DNA of 64,000 bases from Pseudotabrizicola sp. (GCF_030684215.1 NZ_JAUXOV010000073.1:94396-158395); one strand, 5' to 3'; shown: positions 1 to 11,415, numbered from the stretch's first letter. The notes: a model not told the origin generated them from the letters alone. Numbers and translations: made by a program.

Positions 1-1
1 G

Positions 2-529
2 CTGAAAGATCCCGCAGGCCAGCCTGTCGGCTTTGAAATCCTTCTGGTGAACGGTGCGCGCGACATGATCTCGGCGGCCGAGATCTATGTTGAAGGGCTC
101 AAGCGTCTGGGCATCAACGCCCGCGTGACCACGGTAGACAACGCACAGTATATCGAGCGAACCAATACCTATGCCTTTGACATGACACACTATATCCGCA
201 GCCTGTCGCTGTCACCCGGCAATGAGCAGACGCTTTACTGGGGGTCGGCGGGCGTGACAGATCCCGGCACTCGCAACTGGATGGGCATGAGTTCTCCCGC
301 CGCCGAGGCGATGATCAACACCATGCTGAACGCCCCCGATCAAGGCACCTTTGCAGCCGCGACACAGGCCCTGGACCGCGTGCTGACCACGGGTAGATAT
401 GTGGTGCCAATGTGGTATTCTGATATCTCGCGGCTGGCGCATCGCAAGGAACTCAAATTCCCCGAGCGCCCGCCGCTCTATGGCGACTGGATCGGATTTC
501 AGCCAGACGTCTGGTGGTATGAGCAGTAA
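2..529 (+). CDS. ABC transporter substrate-binding protein, family 5 (YejA/OppA-like), C-terminal fragment; 5' end outside window
   Basis: Frame open from nt 2 into track ORF 47..529 (no stop before the GTG at 47). GC3-rich. C-terminal sequence ..TLYWGSAGVTDPGTRNWMGM..RYVVPMWY.. looks like peptide-type periplasmic binding proteins. Confidence 0.7.
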   Translation: MKDPAGQPVGFEILLVNGARDMISAAEIYVEGLKRLGINARVTTVDNAQYIERTNTYAFDMTHYIRSLSLSPGNEQTLYWGSAGVTDPGTRNWMGMSSPAAEAMINTMLNAPDQGTFAAATQALDRVLTTGRYVVPMWYSDISRLAHRKELKFPERPPLYGDWIGFQPDVWWYEQ

Positions 530-550
530 GAACAAGAAACGGGCAGAAAC

Positions 551-676
551 ATGCGTAAACTCTCTATGATGGTGGCTGCGGCCGCCCTGATGGCCCTGTC
601 GGGCTGTGCAACGGTCGAAGGCATTGGCCGCGACATCTCTGGTGGTGCAAACCGCGTGGCGGGCTGGGTCGGCTAA
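551..676 (+). CDS. Entericidin EcnA/EcnB-family small lipoprotein (41 aa)
   Basis: ORF below the 60-aa track cutoff, hand translated: MRKLSMMVAAAALMALSGCATVEGIGRDISGGANRVAGWVG. Signal peptide with lipobox L-S-G-C followed by a Gly-rich tail (GIGRDISGG), as in entericidins. Confidence 0.6.
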   Translation: MRKLSMMVAAAALMALSGCATVEGIGRDISGGANRVAGWVG

Positions 677-731
677 ACCTGCCGTCACGACGATCCTTTG
701 GCTGTGGAGCCTTTGTGCTCTGTCGCAAGAT

Positions 732-806
732 GAGTATTTGGAAAGCAGCAACAACAAGGGGCACGTCCTTTGGTTTGCTGCTTTGAAAACACTCCCGCCG
801 GAGGCG
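732..806. repeat. Intergenic repeat, subtype 1: inverted pair GAGTATTTGGAAAGCAGCAA (732-751) / TTGCTGCTTTGAAAACACTC (775-794) plus CCGCCGGAGGCG
   Basis: Arms are reverse complements with 3 mismatches in 20. The same unit recurs at 29145, 54041 and 54100. Confidence 0.8.
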
Positions 807-886
807 TCTGGCCTTTTCAGGCGCGCAACCTTTGGGATTGCAGATGGGGATTGCAGCGCCCGGCATGGCAGATTAGGCACAAACCC

Positions 887-2404
887 ATGTTAGCCCTAAT
901 TGATACTGGCCCCGCCCCGACTGTGCCCGCGCCGTTCAATATGGCGCAGCATGTTCTTGCAAAACCGGCGGCGCGGCTGCCGGACAAGCTGGCCTTGCAG
1001 ATCATCAAGCTCAACGACGCTGATGCGTGGAGCTATGCCCGTCTGTTGGCGGCGGTTCTGGGATGCGCGACGGGTTTGCGCGCGGCCGGCCTGCAACCGG
1101 GGGACCGCATTCTGATGCGGTTGGCCAATCAAGTGGAATTTCCGATCCTGTTTCTGGGTGCACTTGCGGCTGGCATGGTGCCGGTTGCGACCTCGGCGCA
1201 ACTGACCAGCGCCGAAATCAGCCCGATGGCTGCGCGCATCGCCCCGCGGCTTATTGTGGCCAGCTCTGGTGTGGCCTTGCCCGACGGGCAGTTCTGCCCG
1301 ATCATCACCGATGCAGACATTCGCGCGATGGAACGCCTGCCGCCTGCGCCCTTTCATCTGGGCGACCCTGACCGGCCCGGTTACATCATCTTCACCTCCG
1401 GCACCTCGGGCAGCCCGATGGCGGTGGTCCATGCGCACCGCGCCATCCTTGCGCGCTCCATGATGCATGCGGGCTGGGAGGGCTTGGGCGAGAGCGACCG
1501 TTTGCTGCATGCGGGCGCGTTCAACTGGACCTATACGCTGGGGACCGGCTTGATGGACCCGTGGTGCGTGGGGGCAACTGCGCTGATCCCCGGCACTGGC
1601 GTCGAGGCGGCGGACCTGCCCGCGCTGATACAACGGCATGAGGCCACCATCTTTGCCGCCGCCCCCGGTGTCTATCGTCAGATGTTGCGCGCGACCTTGC
1701 CCGCCTTGCCGCGCCTGCGCCATGGGTTGTCAGCGGGAGAAAAGCTGGGCGATGACACGCGGGCGGCTTGGGTCAAGGCGACAGGCACGCCAATCTGTGA
1801 GGCGCTTGGGATGTCCGAAATCTCGACCTTTGTGTCAGAATCTCCCACCCGTGCAGCACCTGCCGGAGCCACCGGCTTTGCCCAGACCGGGCGGCGCATT
1901 GCGGCGCTTGGGCCTGATCTTAGCCCTGTTCCGCGCGGCACACCCGGCCAGATGGCAATCGACCGCCGTGATCCGGGCCTGATGCTGGGCTATCTGGATG
2001 CGCCCGAGGCGACAGCGGCGCGGCTGTCGGGTGGCTGGTTTCTGACCGGCGATTCCATCGTGATCGATGATCAGGGTGCTGTCACCTATCTGGGCCGCGA
2101 TGATGATCAGATGAACGCGGGCGGCTACCGGGTCAGCCCGGTTGAAGTTGAGGCCGCAATGGCGCGCTTTCCGGGTCTGCTGGAGGCAGCCGTGACCGAG
2201 ATCGAGGTCAAACCCGGCGTTACGGTGATTGCCTGCTTTTACACCGCAGCAGCGCCGCTGGATGACACCGCGCTGAACGCCCATGCCGCGACCCATCTGG
2301 CGCGCTATAAGCAGCCACGACTGTTTCGCCACCTGCCCGCCCTGCCGCGCGGGGCCAATGCCAAACTCAACCGCCGCGCCCTGCGCGCCATGGGGACGCT
2401 GTGA
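887..2404 (+). CDS. AMP-dependent synthetase/ligase (acyl-CoA or aryl-CoA ligase family)
   Basis: Track ORF 770..2404. AMP-binding motif YIIFTSGTSGSPMAV, later YLGRDDDQMNAGGYRVSPVEVE and C-terminal RYKQPR. Start set at ATG 887 (alternative ATG 941) so that the conserved PFNMAQHVL N-terminus is included. Confidence 0.85.
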   Translation: MLALIDTGPAPTVPAPFNMAQHVLAKPAARLPDKLALQIIKLNDADAWSYARLLAAVLGCATGLRAAGLQPGDRILMRLANQVEFPILFLGALAAGMVPVATSAQLTSAEISPMAARIAPRLIVASSGVALPDGQFCPIITDADIRAMERLPPAPFHLGDPDRPGYIIFTSGTSGSPMAVVHAHRAILARSMMHAGWEGLGESDRLLHAGAFNWTYTLGTGLMDPWCVGATALIPGTGVEAADLPALIQRHEATIFAAAPGVYRQMLRATLPALPRLRHGLSAGEKLGDDTRAAWVKATGTPICEALGMSEISTFVSESPTRAAPAGATGFAQTGRRIAALGPDLSPVPRGTPGQMAIDRRDPGLMLGYLDAPEATAARLSGGWFLTGDSIVIDDQGAVTYLGRDDDQMNAGGYRVSPVEVEAAMARFPGLLEAAVTEIEVKPGVTVIACFYTAAAPLDDTALNAHAATHLARYKQPRLFRHLPALPRGANAKLNRRALRAMGTL

Positions 2405-3048
2405 TAAAGCTTGATATTTTCTCTGATCCCGTTTGCCCATGGTGCTACATCGGCAAGGCCAACCTTGACCGTGCGCTGGAATCTGCTCCTGACCATCCGT
2501 TCGAGATTGAATGGCACCCGTTCCAGCTGAACCCCGGCATGCCGCCCGAGGGTGTGGACCGGGCCGCCTATCTGGAAGCCAAGTTCGGAGGCAAGGCAAA
2601 GGCGGTCGAGATTTACGCCCGCGTCGAACAGGCTGCGCGTGATGCGGGGCTGGCCATCGACTTTTCCACCATTTCCAAGATGCCCAACTCACTGAACGCG
2701 CATCGGCTGATTCACTGGGCGGGGCTGGAGGGGCGGCAAACTGCCATCGTATCGGCCCTGTTCCGCGCTTACTGGCGCGAGGGGCGCGATATCAACGATG
2801 CCAGCACTTTGGCCGATATCGCCGAAGCCGCAGGCATGGACCGCGCCCTGACCACACGGCTTTTGGCGACGGATGAAGACAGCGAGGCCCTGAAAGCCCG
2901 CGATATCCATGCCCGACAAAAGGGCGTGGCGGGCGTTCCGTGCTTTATCATCGGCAATCAATACGTCATCTCGGGCGCACAGGCGCCGCAGGTCTGGGCC
3001 GAAGTTATCGCCGAACTGCGCGGTCACGCACAGACGACAGGCAGCTAG
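2401..3048 (+). CDS. DsbA-family thiol oxidoreductase (FrnE/2-hydroxychromene-2-carboxylate isomerase-like)
   Basis: MIKLDIFSDPVCPWCYIGK with a CPWC active site. The GTG start overlaps the upstream TGA (GTGA), suggesting translational coupling. Confidence 0.85.
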   Translation: MIKLDIFSDPVCPWCYIGKANLDRALESAPDHPFEIEWHPFQLNPGMPPEGVDRAAYLEAKFGGKAKAVEIYARVEQAARDAGLAIDFSTISKMPNSLNAHRLIHWAGLEGRQTAIVSALFRAYWREGRDINDASTLADIAEAAGMDRALTTRLLATDEDSEALKARDIHARQKGVAGVPCFIIGNQYVISGAQAPQVWAEVIAELRGHAQTTGS

Positions 3049-3101
3049 GGCCATGGTTCCCCCTGCCCGCGCATGCTAGCGAAGCGCGGAAAGGACAGTT
3101 C

Positions 3102-4316
3102 ATGTCATACAGCCTGCCCCCACAGCGCGCCCTTGGTCAGACCGAGTTTATCGCACTGATCGCCATGCTTTTTGCCACCATCGCGTTCTCTATCGACGCG
3201 ATGCTGCCTGCCCTGCCCGAAATCGCGGCGGAACTCAGCCCTGATGCCCCGAACAAGGCGCAGCTTATCCTGACCAGCTTTGTCTTTGGCATGGGGCTCG
3301 GGACGCTATTTGCCGGGCCATTGTCAGACAGCTATGGCCGCAAGACAGTGATTGTCGCGGGCGCGGTGCTGTATTGCGCGGGTGCTTTGCTGGCATATGC
3401 AGCGCCCACGCTGGAAACCATGCTGGCCGCTCGCGTGTTGCAGGGTCTTGGGGCTGCGGGGCCGCGGGTGGTGTCGCTCGCTTTGGTGCGCGATCTACAT
3501 TCCGGGGCGCGGATGGCGCGGATTGTCAGCTTTGCCATGATGATCTTTACGCTGGTGCCCGCCGTAGCCCCGCTTCTGGGCCAGTTCATCATTGCGGGCT
3601 TTGGCTGGCGCAGCATTTTTCTCGCATTTTTGCTGTTTTCCGGAATCACCGTGCTGTGGCTGACCATTCGCCAACCTGAAACTCTGGCCCGAGCCGAGCG
3701 CCGGCCGTTTCGCGCAGCCCCGTTGTGGGCCGCGCTGCGCGAAGTGCTGGGGGTGCGCAGCATTCGCCTGTCTGTACTGGCGCAAACGCTTGGATTTGCG
3801 GCGCTGTTTGGCACGCTCTCGTCAACCCAACAGCTTTTTGACCAGACCTATGGCCGGGCAGAAAGCTTTCCGCTGTACTTCGCGCTGATTGCATTGATCG
3901 CGGGCACTTCATCACTGCTGAACGCGTCTTTGGTGATGCGGTTGGGGATGCGGCGGCTGGTGCTGGTGTCGTTCGCCACGCAAGCGCTGGTATCAGGTGC
4001 CTTCGTCATCGCCTTTGCGCTGGCCCTGTGGCCCGCCCCAGACGTATTCCCGGTAGAGTTCCTTGCCTATCTGATCTGGACGATCGGTGTGTTCTTCATG
4101 GTCGGCATGACCATCGGCAACCTGAACGCCTTGGCGCTCGAACCAGTGGGCCATATCGCGGGCATGGCGGCATCAGTGGTGGGGGCGTTGTCCACCGTGT
4201 TTTCGGTGCTGCTGGCGGCCCCGGTCGGGCTGGCGTTCAACGGCACGCCTTTGCCGTTGATGATCGGTGTGGCCGTCTTTACCGGGCTGGCCTATCTGGT
4301 GGCGCGCAGGCTTTGA
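3102..4316 (+). CDS. MFS transporter, Bcr/CflA drug-resistance subfamily
   Basis: Track ORF 2940..4316. Start moved to ATG 3102 (MSYSLPPQRALGQTEFIALIAMLF..). About 12 hydrophobic segments and the MFS signature GPLSDSYGRK. Confidence 0.8.
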   Translation: MSYSLPPQRALGQTEFIALIAMLFATIAFSIDAMLPALPEIAAELSPDAPNKAQLILTSFVFGMGLGTLFAGPLSDSYGRKTVIVAGAVLYCAGALLAYAAPTLETMLAARVLQGLGAAGPRVVSLALVRDLHSGARMARIVSFAMMIFTLVPAVAPLLGQFIIAGFGWRSIFLAFLLFSGITVLWLTIRQPETLARAERRPFRAAPLWAALREVLGVRSIRLSVLAQTLGFAALFGTLSSTQQLFDQTYGRAESFPLYFALIALIAGTSSLLNASLVMRLGMRRLVLVSFATQALVSGAFVIAFALALWPAPDVFPVEFLAYLIWTIGVFFMVGMTIGNLNALALEPVGHIAGMAASVVGALSTVFSVLLAAPVGLAFNGTPLPLMIGVAVFTGLAYLVARRL

Positions 4317-4319
4317 CCC

Positions 4320-4568
4320 TTACTCACAGGGGCGGGAGCACAGATTTTCACAGGGGATGCCGTCATTGTCGGCATCCCGTTTGTGATGACCACAGACCTT
4401 CAACTTGTAACATGCCTCGGCGCAGGACGAGATCTGCTTGCAGGTCTTGTTCGAACAATCATAGGCCTGCGCTTGCCACACAGACTGCGAGCCAGCCAGA
4501 GGGGTCGGGCTGGTCATATCGGGAAAAAGCGATGCCAGACCCAATGCGACAGCAAGAGAAAAAGACAT
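4320..4568 (-). CDS. Small secreted Cys-rich protein with Excalibur calcium-binding domain
   Basis: 82 aa. N-terminal hydrophobic signal peptide. C-terminal HHKRDADNDGIPCENLC matches the Excalibur DxDxDGxxCE pattern. Lower GC than its neighbours. Confidence 0.65.
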   Translation of the reverse strand: MSFSLAVALGLASLFPDMTSPTPLAGSQSVWQAQAYDCSNKTCKQISSCAEACYKLKVCGHHKRDADNDGIPCENLCSRPCE

Positions 4569-4609
4569 AAAAAAAATCCGTCAAAAGAAAATGTTAACAG
4601 AGGTTAACA

Positions 4610-7600
4610 CTACCCCTTTGGCCGCACAATCTTTTCTGCAAGATCACGGGCGATGGCAAAGGCGCCCTTGATCCGGTCGGCGTCTGATTTCCAGTCGCGC
4701 AGCAGCACAATCTTGTTGCCCTGCACCTTTGCTCCCACACCCTCGGCCTTGATGAAATCAACCAGCCCCGCCGGGTTGCCGAATTTGTCGTTGTGGAACT
4801 GAATCGTGGCCCCCTTTGGCCCGGCATCAATACGGCTGATCCCGGCGCGCTTTGCCATCGCCTTGATCCGCACAATCAGCATCAGCGTGTTGACCTCGCG
4901 CGGGAGCGGGCCGAAGCGGTCGATCAGCTCGGCGGCAAAACCTTCCAGCTCTACCTTGGTGGCCAGACCCGACAAGCGGCGATAAAGGCCGAGCCGCACA
5001 TCCAGATCGACGACGTAATCTTCCGGGATCATCACCGGCAGGCCAAGGTTCAACTGCGGCGACCATTGATCATCTATCGGGGACAACCCATTGATCTCGC
5101 CCGATTTGATTTTGGCAATCGTTTCTTCCAGCATCTGCTGATACAGCTCATAGCCAACCTCACGGATATGGCCAGACTGTTCCTCGCCCAAAAGATTACC
5201 CGCGCCGCGCAGGTCAAGGTCGTGGCTGGCAAGGTTGAAGCCCGCGCCCAGATTGTCAAGGCTTCCCAAAAGCTTAAGCCGCTTTTGCGCCTGCGGGGTC
5301 AGCGGGCTGCGCGGTTTGGTGGTCAGGTAGCAATAAGCCCGCGTCTTGCTGCGCCCGACCCGGCCGCGAATCTGATACAGTTGGGAAAGCCCGAACATGT
5401 CGCCGCGGTGGATGATCATGGTGTTCGCGGTCGGAATATCCAGACCCGATTCCACAATCGTTGTGGCCAGCAGCACATCATATTTGCCGTCGTAGAACTG
5501 GTTCATCCGGTCATCCAGATCGCCCGCCGCCAACTGGCCATGGGCGATGACATAAGACACCTCTGGCACATGGTTGCGCAGGAAATCTTCAATCTCGGGC
5601 AGGTCGGAAATGCGCGGCACCACATAGAATGACTGCCCGCCCCGGAAGCGTTCACGCAACAGCGCCTCGCGGATGGTCACGGTGTCAAATTCACTGACAT
5701 AGGTGCGGATAGCAAGGCGGTCTACCGGAGGCGTCGCAATGATCGACAGGTCACGCACCCCGGTCAGCGACAGTTGCAGCGTGCGGGGGATAGGCGTTGC
5801 GGTCAGGGTCAGGACGTGGATTTCCGACCGCATTTCCTTTAGCCGTTCCTTATGGCTGACGCCGAAATGCTGTTCCTCATCAATGACAAGCAAGCCGAGG
5901 TTTTTGAATTTCACGCCCTTGGCCAACAGAGCATGGGTGCCCACCACAATATCGACCGTGCCATCGGTCATCGCCGCACGCGTGGCATTCGCATCCTTTG
6001 CGCTGACAAACCGAGACAAGGGTTTGATGGTGATGGGAAATCCGCGAAACCGTTCGACAAAGCTGCGGTAGTGCTGGCGGGCGAGCAGGGTTGTGGGGCA
6101 AATCACTGCCACCTGCATCCCCGCCAGGGCCGCGACAAAAGCGGCGCGCATCGCCACTTCGGTCTTGCCAAAGCCCACGTCGCCCACAACCAGACGGTCC
6201 ATCGGGCTGCCTTTTTCCAGATCGGCGACCACATCGGCAATCGCCGCCAACTGGTCATCGGTTTCCTGATACGGAAAGCGGGCTGCAAACGCCTCCCATA
6301 TGCTGTGGGGCGCCTCCAGTATTGGCGCATGGCGCAGCGCGCGCTCAGCCGCAATCCGCATCAGGCGGTCAGCGATTTCCTTGATGCGTTCCTTTAGCTT
6401 TGCCTTTTTCGCCTGCCACGCACCACCGCCCAGACGGTCAAGCAGACCCTCTTCATGACCATAGCGGCTGAGGAGTTCGATATTTTCGACCGGCAGGTAA
6501 AGCTTTGCACTGTCTGCATATTCCAGCGCCACGCAAGCATGTGGCGCGCCAAGTGCGGTGATCGTCTCCAGCCCCAGATAGCGGCCCACGCCATGTTCGA
6601 CATGCACCACCAGATCGCCCGGCGTCAGCGTATCGACTTCGCGCAGGAAGTTGTCGGCCTTGCGCTTGCGGCGGGGCTTGCCGACCATGCGGTCACCCAA
6701 GACATCCTGCTCGGAAATCACCGCCAGACCGGGGGCGACAAACCCAGATTCGAGCGCCCAGACCAGCAAGAACAAGCCGCCCCGCCCGTCCGGCACATCG
6801 CGGAAATCCTTGATACGGATCAGACCACTTACGCCCTGATCTTGCAGCAATCCTTCAAGCCGTTCCCGCGCGCCCTCTGACCATGACGCGATGACCACCT
6901 GACAATCCTCGCGCAAAGCCCGAAGATGATCGGCCAAGGCACCGAAAAGGCTTATAGATTCCATCTGTCGCTCTGGCGCAAAGCTGCGCCCCAACCGTCC
7001 GCTGGCATCCAGTATGCCGGGACCGGGGCTTTGCGCATGGGGCGACAGTTGCACCACACGATGCGCTGCGATTGCGGCCTCCCATGCAGTGTCGTCCAGA
7101 TACAGCAAACCCGGTGCGGCGGGTTTGTAGACCGTATCCAGCCGGCCCTTGGCTGTCATCGCCTCGCGCCGGGAATCGTAGGCGTCGTCAATGCCGTCCC
7201 AACGCGACAGCCGCATCGGGGTCACCTGATCATCCAGCATCACCGAGGCGTCCGGCAGATAGTCGAACAGCGTCTCCAGTCGGTCATGGAACAGGCCAAG
7301 CCAATGCTCCATCCCCTGATGCTTGCGCCCTGCACTCACCGCTTCATACAGCGGATCATCGGCGCCACCGACGCCGAACTCGATGCGGTATGCCTGCCGG
7401 AAGCGGGTGATCGACGCTTCATCAAGAATGACCTCGGACACAGGCGACAGGTCAACTGCGGTCAGCTTTTCCACCGTGCGCTGCGTAACCGGATCAAAGC
7501 GGCGCAAACCATCCAGCACATCGCCAAAGAAATCCAGCCGCACCGGGCCGGGATGGCCGGGCGGGTAAATATCAATGATACCGCCGCGCAAGGCGTAGTC

Positions 7601-8065
7601 GCCGGCCTCTGCCACGGTGGACACCGGCGAAAAGCCCATGCGCGACAAAAAGCCTTTCAGTTGGGCTTCATCCACCCGTTTGCCGACTTGCGCGGTAAAG
7701 CTGCTGGCCGCCACCGTGGCGCGGCTTGGCACGCGCTGAGTTGCGGCGTTCAGCGTGGTGAGCAGCACAAACGGCCCCGGCACCCCGGCGGCAAGGGCCG
7801 CCAGCGTGGCCATGCGGCGCGCGGCAATGTCAGGGTTGGGCGACACCCGGTCATAGGGCAGACAGTCCCAGGCCGGGAAATCCAGCACCACGGCTTGCGG
7901 CGCCATCACCGAAAGGGCAATGCGCATCGCCTCCATCCGTTTGTCATCGCGGGCGACATGGATCACTGCGCCCCCGCGCCCAAGTTCGCGCGCGACAAGC
8001 CGGGCGTCAAAGCCCTCGGGTGCGCCACCCAGCACGATACGGTCAGGGGAAATTGTTTTGGTCAT
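4610..8065 (-). CDS. mfd: Transcription-repair coupling factor
   Basis: 1151 aa. Walker A GDVGFGKTEV, DEEQHFG box, CarD-like segment GDLVVHVEHGVGRY, superfamily-2 helicase C-terminal motifs (QLYQIRGRVGRS). Confidence 0.97.
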   Translation of the reverse strand: MTKTISPDRIVLGGAPEGFDARLVARELGRGGAVIHVARDDKRMEAMRIALSVMAPQAVVLDFPAWDCLPYDRVSPNPDIAARRMATLAALAAGVPGPFVLLTTLNAATQRVPSRATVAASSFTAQVGKRVDEAQLKGFLSRMGFSPVSTVAEAGDYALRGGIIDIYPPGHPGPVRLDFFGDVLDGLRRFDPVTQRTVEKLTAVDLSPVSEVILDEASITRFRQAYRIEFGVGGADDPLYEAVSAGRKHQGMEHWLGLFHDRLETLFDYLPDASVMLDDQVTPMRLSRWDGIDDAYDSRREAMTAKGRLDTVYKPAAPGLLYLDDTAWEAAIAAHRVVQLSPHAQSPGPGILDASGRLGRSFAPERQMESISLFGALADHLRALREDCQVVIASWSEGARERLEGLLQDQGVSGLIRIKDFRDVPDGRGGLFLLVWALESGFVAPGLAVISEQDVLGDRMVGKPRRKRKADNFLREVDTLTPGDLVVHVEHGVGRYLGLETITALGAPHACVALEYADSAKLYLPVENIELLSRYGHEEGLLDRLGGGAWQAKKAKLKERIKEIADRLMRIAAERALRHAPILEAPHSIWEAFAARFPYQETDDQLAAIADVVADLEKGSPMDRLVVGDVGFGKTEVAMRAAFVAALAGMQVAVICPTTLLARQHYRSFVERFRGFPITIKPLSRFVSAKDANATRAAMTDGTVDIVVGTHALLAKGVKFKNLGLLVIDEEQHFGVSHKERLKEMRSEIHVLTLTATPIPRTLQLSLTGVRDLSIIATPPVDRLAIRTYVSEFDTVTIREALLRERFRGGQSFYVVPRISDLPEIEDFLRNHVPEVSYVIAHGQLAAGDLDDRMNQFYDGKYDVLLATTIVESGLDIPTANTMIIHRGDMFGLSQLYQIRGRVGRSKTRAYCYLTTKPRSPLTPQAQKRLKLLGSLDNLGAGFNLASHDLDLRGAGNLLGEEQSGHIREVGYELYQQMLEETIAKIKSGEINGLSPIDDQWSPQLNLGLPVMIPEDYVVDLDVRLGLYRRLSGLATKVELEGFAAELIDRFGPLPREVNTLMLIVRIKAMAKRAGISRIDAGPKGATIQFHNDKFGNPAGLVDFIKAEGVGAKVQGNKIVLLRDWKSDADRIKGAFAIARDLAEKIVRPKG

Positions 8066-8127
8066 CGCGCCCTTAACTACGCCCGTTTACCCGACCGTCA
8101 AGGGCCGGACCAAAGGTGCGATTTTGA

Positions 8128-9756
<1,629 letters not shown>

Positions 9757-9914
9757 TCTGGCGCGTCTGATCTGGCGGGTTTTATCGGCAAACCCCCGCC
9801 ACCCGCTGCATAAGCTCATGACATTTGCGTGCAATGCCGCTATATCTGGTGTCAGAGGGTCAAAAGAACCCCAAGCGCCGCGCGGCGACCACGAGAGGCA
9901 TAAGGCAGCATATA

Positions 9915-10478
9915 ATGACCGTATTCAGCGGACTTTCCAGACGAACATTCCTTGGAGCGACAGGGGCCAGCGGGCTTTTGGCAGCCTGCGGCAATGGTGT
10001 TGGCAGCGCCGGATCGGCTCAGATTGATGCCCGCGTCAACTCGACCGAGCAATTCCTGTATTCCAGCTTTCCCGGCACCCGAGATCTGGCCAACCGTGCC
10101 GCTGGCGTGCTGATCATGCCGCTGATCACCGAAGCAGGCTTGATCTATGGTGGCGGCTACGGGCGCGGTGCCTTGCGCGTGGGCGGCGTGACGGTGGATT
10201 ATTACTCCGCCACCCGCGCCACATTCGGGTTGCAGATCGGCGCACAGCAATATGCACATGCGCTGTTTTTCATGACTGAAGGCGCCTTGGGTCAGTTCCG
10301 TCGCAGCCCCGGCTGGGCTGCCGGAGCCGATGTGCGCTATGCCACCCCGGCGCAAGGCGCGTCCTTGGGCAAGGAAACCACCGAAATGGAGCCTGTTATC
10401 GCGCTGGTCTTTGGCCAGCAGGGGTTCATCGCAGGCGCGACACTGACCGGTGTGAAATACAATCGCATCATTCCCTGA
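9915..10478 (+). CDS. SYLF/Ysc84-like lipid-binding domain lipoprotein
   Basis: MTVFSGLSRRTFLGATGASGLLAACG has a twin-arginine-like signal plus a lipobox Cys. Core AAGVLIMPLITEAGLIYGGGYGRGAL..FGLQIGAQ is typical of the DUF500/SYLF family. Confidence 0.7.
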   Translation: MTVFSGLSRRTFLGATGASGLLAACGNGVGSAGSAQIDARVNSTEQFLYSSFPGTRDLANRAAGVLIMPLITEAGLIYGGGYGRGALRVGGVTVDYYSATRATFGLQIGAQQYAHALFFMTEGALGQFRRSPGWAAGADVRYATPAQGASLGKETTEMEPVIALVFGQQGFIAGATLTGVKYNRIIP

Positions 10479-10480
10479 AC

Positions 10481-10537
10481 GAAATTCCCGCCGCGGACGT
10501 CGGACGCCTCCGGCGGGAGTATTCTTGCCAAGATGAA
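10481..10537 (+). repeat. Intergenic repeat, subtype 1/3: hairpin GAAATTCCCGCCG..CGGCGGGAGTATTC followed by TTGCCAAGATGAA
   Basis: Contains the 15-mer CTCCGGCGGGAGTAT, identical to 29149-29163 and 54048-54062. The tail matches the 26400 copy (TTGCAAGATGAA on the opposite strand). Confidence 0.8.
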
Positions 10538-10551
10538 TGCGGCAGGTCTGA

Positions 10552-11415
10552 TTACCGCAGACGGCGGATCAGGCTGCTGGTGTCATTGCGGCCGCCGCCC
10601 ATGCGCTGCACGTCCTTGTAGAACTGATCAACAAGCGCCGTGACCGGCAAGGATGCGCCGATGTCATTGGCGGTGGCAAGGCAGATGCCAAGATCCTTGC
10701 GCATCCAATCCACTGCAAAACCATGGTCGAATTTATCCTCAAGCATGGTTTTGTAGCGGTTTTGCATCTGCCATGATCCTGCAGCACCCTGACTGATCAC
10801 CTCGATCACCGCCGCGCCGTCCAGACCGGCTTTTTCGCCAAAGGCCAACGCCTCGGACAGGCCCTGCACCAGACCGGCGATGCAGATCTGGTTCATCATC
10901 TTGGCGATCTGGCCCGCGCCCGATGCGCCCAGACGCCGGCAGATGCGGGCATAGGCGTTGATCACCGGCTCGGCGCTTGCATAAGCATCTTCCGAGCCGC
11001 CGCACATCACCGAAAGCGCGCCATTCTCAGCGCCTGCCTGCCCGCCAGACACCGGTGCGTCGACAAAACCAAGGCCCAGTTCGGCAGCAAGGGCTGCCAT
11101 TTCGCGCGTAACCTGTGCCGAGACCGTGGTGTGATCGACAAAGATCGCGTCTTTTGTCATGCCCGCAAAGGCGCCGTCCGGCCCGGTGCAGACCCCGCGC
11201 AGGTCGTCATCATTGCCCACACAGGCCATCACGAAGTCTTGCCCCATCGCAGCCTCTCGCGGGGTGGCGGCTGCGCGCCCGCCATGTTTGGCGACCCAGG
11301 CGTCGCGCTTTGCGGGGCTGCGGTTGTAGACCGTGACCTCATGTCCACTGGCCGCCAGATGGCCTGCCATGGGGAACCCCATCACGCCCAATCCCAAGAA
11401 TGCTACCTTTGCCAT
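10552..11415 (-). CDS. NAD(P)-dependent oxidoreductase, 3-hydroxyisobutyrate dehydrogenase family
   Basis: Start at MAKVAFLGLGVMGFPMAGHL (Rossmann GxGxxG). DAPVSGG and later family motifs present. Track ORF extends to 11484. Confidence 0.85.
   Translation of the reverse strand: MAKVAFLGLGVMGFPMAGHLAASGHEVTVYNRSPAKRDAWVAKHGGRAAATPREAAMGQDFVMACVGNDDDLRGVCTGPDGAFAGMTKDAIFVDHTTVSAQVTREMAALAAELGLGFVDAPVSGGQAGAENGALSVMCGGSEDAYASAEPVINAYARICRRLGASGAGQIAKMMNQICIAGLVQGLSEALAFGEKAGLDGAAVIEVISQGAAGSWQMQNRYKTMLEDKFDHGFAVDWMRKDLGICLATANDIGASLPVTALVDQFYKDVQRMGGGRNDTSSLIRRLR

Noticed and set aside
4593-4608. CtrA-box-like TTAA..TTAA between mfd and the Excalibur gene
   Set aside because: Spacing is TTAA-N6-TTAA, not the N7 required for the CtrA consensus. 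It is better described as a GTTAAC direct repeat.
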